64,000 nucleotides of DNA from an uncultured Pelagibacteraceae bacterium (GTDB lineage: Bacteria > Pseudomonadota > Alphaproteobacteria > Pelagibacterales > Pelagibacteraceae): assembly GCA_902562645.1 (NCBI GenBank), contig CACETY010000003.1, positions 17,569 to 81,568 on the forward strand, in the 5' to 3' direction. The position numbers and the translations under genes were made by a program. The notes below the pieces were generated by a model, which was not told the DNA's origin, did not search any database, and saw nothing but the letters and a program-made list of their open reading frames with translations. This document shows positions 58,663 to 64,000 of this stretch, piece by piece; positions within the stretch are counted from its first letter, which is position 1; every line of letters begins with the position of its first letter.

Positions 58663-60056
58663 AAAATATTTACAAAATTTTATCAATATTAATAGTTTCA
58701 ATATGTTATCCCTCAATTTCTCAAGCTCAGGAAATTCCATCATCATTTGCAGATTTAGCAGAAAGATTAATGCCATCAGTTGTAAATATTTCTACTACCA
58801 CTACTATTACAACTAGATCAAATCCTTTGCCATTTGAATTTCCACCAGGTTCACCATTCGAAGATATGTTTGGTTCTCCTCAACAAAGACAAACAAGTGC
58901 GTTAGGATCAGGCTTTATAATTGATGAAGATGGAATTGTAATAACAAATAATCATGTTATTCAAGGAGCATCAGATATATTTGTCAGAGTAAACGGAGAT
59001 CAAAATTATAAAGCTGAGGTTCTTGGTGCAGACGCAGGTATGGATATCGCAGTATTAAAAATAGATTCTGACGAAAAATTTAAGCCAGTAAAATTTGGTA
59101 ACTCAGATAAAGCCAGAATTGGAGATTGGGTTATTGCAATAGGTAATCCATTTGGTCTTGGAGGCACAGTAACAGCAGGTATAATTTCTGCTAGAAATAG
59201 AAGCATAGGACTTTCAAGATATGAAGATTATATTCAAACTGACGCTTCAATAAATCAAGGAAATTCAGGTGGACCGTTATTTAATATGAATGGAGATGTC
59301 ATTGGAATAAATACAGCTATACTTGGACAGTCTGGATCAATTGGAATAGGATTTGCTATCCCATCTAATAGTGCTCAAAAAGTTATTGATCAATTAATTG
59401 AATTTGGAGAAACAAAAAGAGGATGGCTTGGTGTTAGAATTCAAGTAGTAGATCAAGGAATAGCAGATGCAGAAAAGCTAGATAAACCGAGAGGTGCTCT
59501 GGTTGCCAGTGTTGCTGATAATAGTCCATCAGATAAAGGGGGAATAAAACCTGGTGATATAATTTTAGAGTTTGATGGAAAACCAATTAATGAAATGAAA
59601 GAACTACCCAAAATAGTTGCTGAAACGGATGTTGGAAAAAAAGTAATTGTTAAAATTTGGAGAAATAAAAGAGAAATTACAAAAGAAATAGTTCTTGGAA
59701 GATTAGAAACATCCGAGGACTTTAAAGCACAAAAACCTACAATTGAAAAACCAAAGGTGAAGAGAATTGAAGGTTTAAAAATCAATGTTCGATTGTTAAG
59801 TAAAGATGATATTGAGGCTAGAAACCTTCCAAAAACTACAAGTGGAGTAGTAATTACAAATATAGATAAAGATAGTCCAATTAATTATCTCCAAGTAAAT
59901 AATATTATTGTTGAGGCTAATAGAAAAAAAATTAATACAATAGGTGATCTTGATAATGTGGTAAAATTGAAATTAAGAAGTGAAGAAAAAAACTTACTAA
60001 TTGCAATATATAATAACCAAAATCAAAGAACATATGTTGGTGTTAAATTAAAATAA
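58659..60056 (+). CDS. degP: DegP/DegQ (Do) family serine endoprotease
   Basis: Signal peptide, TNNHV, DIAVL, GNSGGP, two PDZ domains; ATG at 58659. Confidence 0.95.
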   Translation: MKNIYKILSILIVSICYPSISQAQEIPSSFADLAERLMPSVVNISTTTTITTRSNPLPFEFPPGSPFEDMFGSPQQRQTSALGSGFIIDEDGIVITNNHVIQGASDIFVRVNGDQNYKAEVLGADAGMDIAVLKIDSDEKFKPVKFGNSDKARIGDWVIAIGNPFGLGGTVTAGIISARNRSIGLSRYEDYIQTDASINQGNSGGPLFNMNGDVIGINTAILGQSGSIGIGFAIPSNSAQKVIDQLIEFGETKRGWLGVRIQVVDQGIADAEKLDKPRGALVASVADNSPSDKGGIKPGDIILEFDGKPINEMKELPKIVAETDVGKKVIVKIWRNKREITKEIVLGRLETSEDFKAQKPTIEKPKVKRIEGLKINVRLLSKDDIEARNLPKTTSGVVITNIDKDSPINYLQVNNIIVEANRKKINTIGDLDNVVKLKLRSEEKNLLIAIYNNQNQRTYVGVKLK

Positions 60057-60060
60057 CCAA

Positions 60061-60969
60061 ATGGACCTTAAGTCCAAAATAATATTAATTTCAGGTCCTA
60101 CAGCATCAGGCAAATCTAAGATTGCATTAAAAATTGCAAAAAAATTAAATGGGGAAATTATAAATGCGGATAGTATGCAGGTTTATAAAGAATTGAAGGT
60201 ACTGACTGCTCGACCTTCGAAAATTGACTTAGAAAAGATAGAACATCATTTATATGGTTTTAGAACTGTTAAAAAAGATTTTTCATCTGGCGAATGGTTA
60301 AAATTAGCAAAAAAAAATATAAAAAAAATTAGAGATAAAAATAAAATACCAATTTTAGTTGGTGGTACCGGTCTTTATTTCAAAGCCCTGACTGATGGCT
60401 TGGTAAAAATTCCAAATATACCAATTCCTATTCGTAATAAAATAAGACGAATGCAAAATAGTTTAGGTCAAAAAAAATTTTATTCAAAACTTTTAAAAAA
60501 TGACTCATCAGTAAAAAACAGGATTGCTCCTACTGATGTTCAAAGATCTATTAGAGCTTATGAAGTTATTTCATTTACAAAGAAATCAATTTTTGAATGG
60601 TACAAGAAAACAAAGCCATCTTTTCGAAATGATCAATTTATTAAAATTTATATTGATTATCCGAGAGATGAACTAATCAGTAAAATTTCTAAAAGAGTAG
60701 ATCAAATGATGAAAAATGGAGCTATTCAAGAAGTTAAGGAATTTTTAAAGCTTAATTTGAAGAGTGATAATAACATCTTCAAAGTTATTGGAATAAGAGA
60801 GATTAAAGAATTTATTGATAAAAAAACTTCTATGAGTGATTTAAAACAAAATATTGTTATAAAAACTAGACAATACGCCAAAAGACAGAGAACTTGGTCC
60901 AGAGGTCAGATGAATGATTGGCAAAAATTTGATGCCCAAGCTCTATCAAAATTTATAAATAAATTATAA
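60061..60969 (+). CDS. miaA: tRNA dimethylallyltransferase
   Basis: GPTASGKS, NADSMQVY, GGTGLY, TRQYAKRQRTW. Confidence 0.97.
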   Translation: MDLKSKIILISGPTASGKSKIALKIAKKLNGEIINADSMQVYKELKVLTARPSKIDLEKIEHHLYGFRTVKKDFSSGEWLKLAKKNIKKIRDKNKIPILVGGTGLYFKALTDGLVKIPNIPIPIRNKIRRMQNSLGQKKFYSKLLKNDSSVKNRIAPTDVQRSIRAYEVISFTKKSIFEWYKKTKPSFRNDQFIKIYIDYPRDELISKISKRVDQMMKNGAIQEVKEFLKLNLKSDNNIFKVIGIREIKEFIDKKTSMSDLKQNIVIKTRQYAKRQRTWSRGQMNDWQKFDAQALSKFINKL

Positions 60970-60986
60970 ATTATACTCACAATAAC

Positions 60987-61016
60987 TTGACCAATGAGTA
61001 CAACTTCAGCTAGATT
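60987..61016 (+). promoter_or_regulatory. Putative promoter giving a leaderless ilvI mRNA
   Basis: TTGACC-N18-TAGATT, 6 nt before the ATG; no SD. Confidence 0.55.
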
Positions 61017-61022
61017 GTCTGG

Positions 61023-62789
61023 ATGCCAAAATTATATTCAGGAGCTGAGATAGTATTTAAATGTTTAGAAGATCAAAATGTTAATCACATTTTTGGTTAT
61101 CCTGGTGGAGCAGTTCTTCCAATTTATGATGAATTAAAAAATTTTAATTCTATAAAACATATTTTAGTAAGGCATGAACAAGGTGCAGGGCACGCTGCTG
61201 AAGGCTATGCAAGATCAACTGGAAAACCAGGTGTATTATTAGTTACCTCAGGCCCTGGAGCAACAAATGCTGTTACTGCCTTAACGGATGCTTATATGGA
61301 CTCAGTTCCATTGGTTTGTATTACTGGACAAGTTCCAACACATTTAATTGGCACAGACGCATTTCAAGAATGTGATACAACAGGGATTACTAGACCTTGT
61401 ACTAAACATAACTGGTTAGTAAAAGATGTTAATGATTTAGCTCAAATAATGCATAAAGCTTTTGAAGTAGCAACAACAGGTAGGCCAGGACCAGTTCTAG
61501 TTGATATACCTAAAGATATTCAATTTCAAAAAGCAAAATATAAATCTTATACAAAAGCTAAAAAATTGAATGGTAAATCCCATGACAATTTTTCACAAAA
61601 AAATATTGATGACCTAATTGAATTAATAAGTAAATCAAAAAGACCAATTTTTTACACTGGAGGTGGTGTAATAAATTCAGGAACAAAAGCAAGTGAGCTT
61701 TTAAGAGAACTTGTATATGCAACAGGTTTTCCAATAACCTCTACTTTACAGGGTCTGGGTTGTTTCCCTGCTGATGATAATCAATTTTTAGGAATGTTAG
61801 GTATGCATGGTACCTATGAAGCAAACAACGCTATGTATAGTTGTGACTTAATGATAAATGTTGGCGCAAGGTTTGACGATAGAATCACTGGTAAAATTGA
61901 CGAGTTCTCTCCTAAATCTAAAAAAGTTCATATTGATATAGATCCATCATCTATAAATAAAAATGTAAAAGTAGATCTCGCAATTGTTGGGGACATTAAA
62001 TCGGTTTTAACTACAACAATAAAAACTTTTAAAAAATCAAAAAAGAATTTCTCTAAATCAAATAAACATCAAATATCTAATTGGTGGGAACAAATTCAGA
62101 AATGGAGATCTAAAAGATCATTAGATTATATTAGTAGTGAAGATACAATAAAACCACAGTATGCTATCGAAAGGTTATACGAGCTAACTAAAGATAAAGA
62201 TACATATATTACAACTGAAGTAGGTCAACATCAAATGTGGGCTGCTCAACACTATAAGTTCAATAAACCAAATAGATGGATGACCTCTGGAGGTCTTGGC
62301 ACTATGGGATATGGCTTACCCGCGGCTGTTGGAGTTCAGATTGCACACCCAAAAAAATTAGTTATTGATATTGCTGGAGAAGCATCTGTTTTAATGACTA
62401 TGCAAGAAATGTCTACAGCAGTGCAATATAATCTACCTATAAAAATATTTATTTTAAATAATGAATACATGGGGATGGTAAGACAGTGGCAGGAATTACT
62501 TCATGATAAAAATTATTCAGAAAGTTACACCGCTGCATTGCCAGATTTTGTTAAAATGGCTGAGGCTTATGGTTGTGTCGGTATAAGAGCAAAAACACCT
62601 GAAGAATTAGATGATAAGATCATTGAAATGTTAAACTCAGATCGACCAGTTATATTTGATTGCCTTGTAGATAAACAAGAAAACTGTTTTCCAATGATAC
62701 CCTCTGGAAAACCTCATAATCAAATGTTACTAGGTCCCAGAGATCAAAAAGATAAAAAAATCACAGGAAAAGGAAGAACTTTAGTTTAA
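61023..62789 (+). CDS. ilvI: Acetolactate synthase large subunit
   Basis: FGYPGGAVLP, RHEQGA, TSGPGATN, GMHG, SGGLGTMG, MVRQWQ. Confidence 0.97.
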   Translation: MPKLYSGAEIVFKCLEDQNVNHIFGYPGGAVLPIYDELKNFNSIKHILVRHEQGAGHAAEGYARSTGKPGVLLVTSGPGATNAVTALTDAYMDSVPLVCITGQVPTHLIGTDAFQECDTTGITRPCTKHNWLVKDVNDLAQIMHKAFEVATTGRPGPVLVDIPKDIQFQKAKYKSYTKAKKLNGKSHDNFSQKNIDDLIELISKSKRPIFYTGGGVINSGTKASELLRELVYATGFPITSTLQGLGCFPADDNQFLGMLGMHGTYEANNAMYSCDLMINVGARFDDRITGKIDEFSPKSKKVHIDIDPSSINKNVKVDLAIVGDIKSVLTTTIKTFKKSKKNFSKSNKHQISNWWEQIQKWRSKRSLDYISSEDTIKPQYAIERLYELTKDKDTYITTEVGQHQMWAAQHYKFNKPNRWMTSGGLGTMGYGLPAAVGVQIAHPKKLVIDIAGEASVLMTMQEMSTAVQYNLPIKIFILNNEYMGMVRQWQELLHDKNYSESYTAALPDFVKMAEAYGCVGIRAKTPEELDDKIIEMLNSDRPVIFDCLVDKQENCFPMIPSGKPHNQMLLGPRDQKDKKITGKGRTLV

Positions 62790-62790
62790 G

Positions 62791-63339
62791 ATGGCTAACT
62801 CAAAATCAGCTTATAGTATAGCTGGAAAAAAACAGAAAAACGATACCCATATAATCGTAGTTTGGGTAGACAACGAAGCTGGAGTTTTAGCAAGAGTAGT
62901 AGGGCTTTTTTCTGGAAGAGGTTATAATATAGAGTCTTTAGCTGTTGCTGAGGTGGATCAAAAGGAAAATATATCAAGAATTACAATAGTTACAACTGGA
63001 ACGCCTCAGGTAGTTGACCAAATTAAACTTCAACTAAAAAAATTGGTACCTGTCCACAAAGTTGCTGATTTTAAAAGAGAAGATAAAAATGTTATTTTTA
63101 AAGAAATGGCTCTATTTAAATTTGTTGCTAACAACGAAAAATTAATAAAAGCTTTTAAAGCGTGCAAAAACTTTAATCCTGTAATATTGGATGAAACAAA
63201 AAAATCAAAAGTTATTCAAATCACAGCTTTAAGAAGAGAAATAGATAAAATGTCAAAGAATTTAACAAAATTTGGTTTAGTAAGTGTTTCTAGAACTGGC
63301 GCTGTTGCCATGACTAGAGGATCAGATGTATTTAAATAA
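62791..63339 (+). CDS. ilvH: Acetolactate synthase small subunit
   Basis: VDNEAGVLARVVGLFSGRGYNIESL ACT domain. Confidence 0.96.
   Translation: MANSKSAYSIAGKKQKNDTHIIVVWVDNEAGVLARVVGLFSGRGYNIESLAVAEVDQKENISRITIVTTGTPQVVDQIKLQLKKLVPVHKVADFKREDKNVIFKEMALFKFVANNEKLIKAFKACKNFNPVILDETKKSKVIQITALRREIDKMSKNLTKFGLVSVSRTGAVAMTRGSDVFK

Positions 63340-64000
<661 letters not shown>

Noticed and set aside
3-62977. Many short antisense or alternate-frame ORFs in the track (e.g. 5505-5876, 15427-15867, 24174-24611, 34472-34852, 59453-59785)
   Set aside because: They lie within or across well-supported genes and show no family motifs; they are shadow ORFs.

Overview
A very AT-rich, tightly packed alphaproteobacterial chromosome segment whose gene content, tiny intergenic gaps and permuted tmRNA point to Pelagibacterales (SAR11); the taxonomy is inferred. 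Most of it is core: pntAB, a small transaldolase, tRNA-fMet/rpsU/trcR/rpmE, the tkt-gap-pgk-fba-thiE-efp-suhB operon, zauP-zapA-ygfA-ymdB-yebC, tol-pal-cpoB-tilS-ftsH-folP-glmM-thiD-purA, rpoH, ispA-dxs, aroC, glyQS-ppdK, nadAC, thyX, hflKC-degP-miaA and ilvIHC. There are three tRNAs (fMet-CAT, Arg-TCG, Leu-GAG) and a two-piece tmRNA. Two accessory cell-surface blocks flank ssrA-thyX: (i) a tRNA-Leu/tmRNA-bounded islet with two GT-C-like membrane proteins, a DprE1/DprE2-like pair and a methyltransferase, and (ii) an SxtJ/SxtK(DUF5989)/NodU-carbamoyltransferase/SGNH cluster. The best candidate for an undescribed system is the second block. Its 49-aa membrane peptide, missed by the ORF track, ends in FIYTIF, matching the FIYxxF tyrosine acyl-shuttle motif of DltX and AlgI/PatA, which suggests an MBOAT-free carbamoyl relay to a surface polymer. 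Also notable: a MOC1/phage-type resolvase in place of ruvCAB, an apparent AUU start with strong SD on rpsU, tRNA-Arg(UCG), no 6S RNA at its usual locus, no nadB, and several predicted leaderless mRNAs. All family calls come from motif recognition by eye; no database searches were run.
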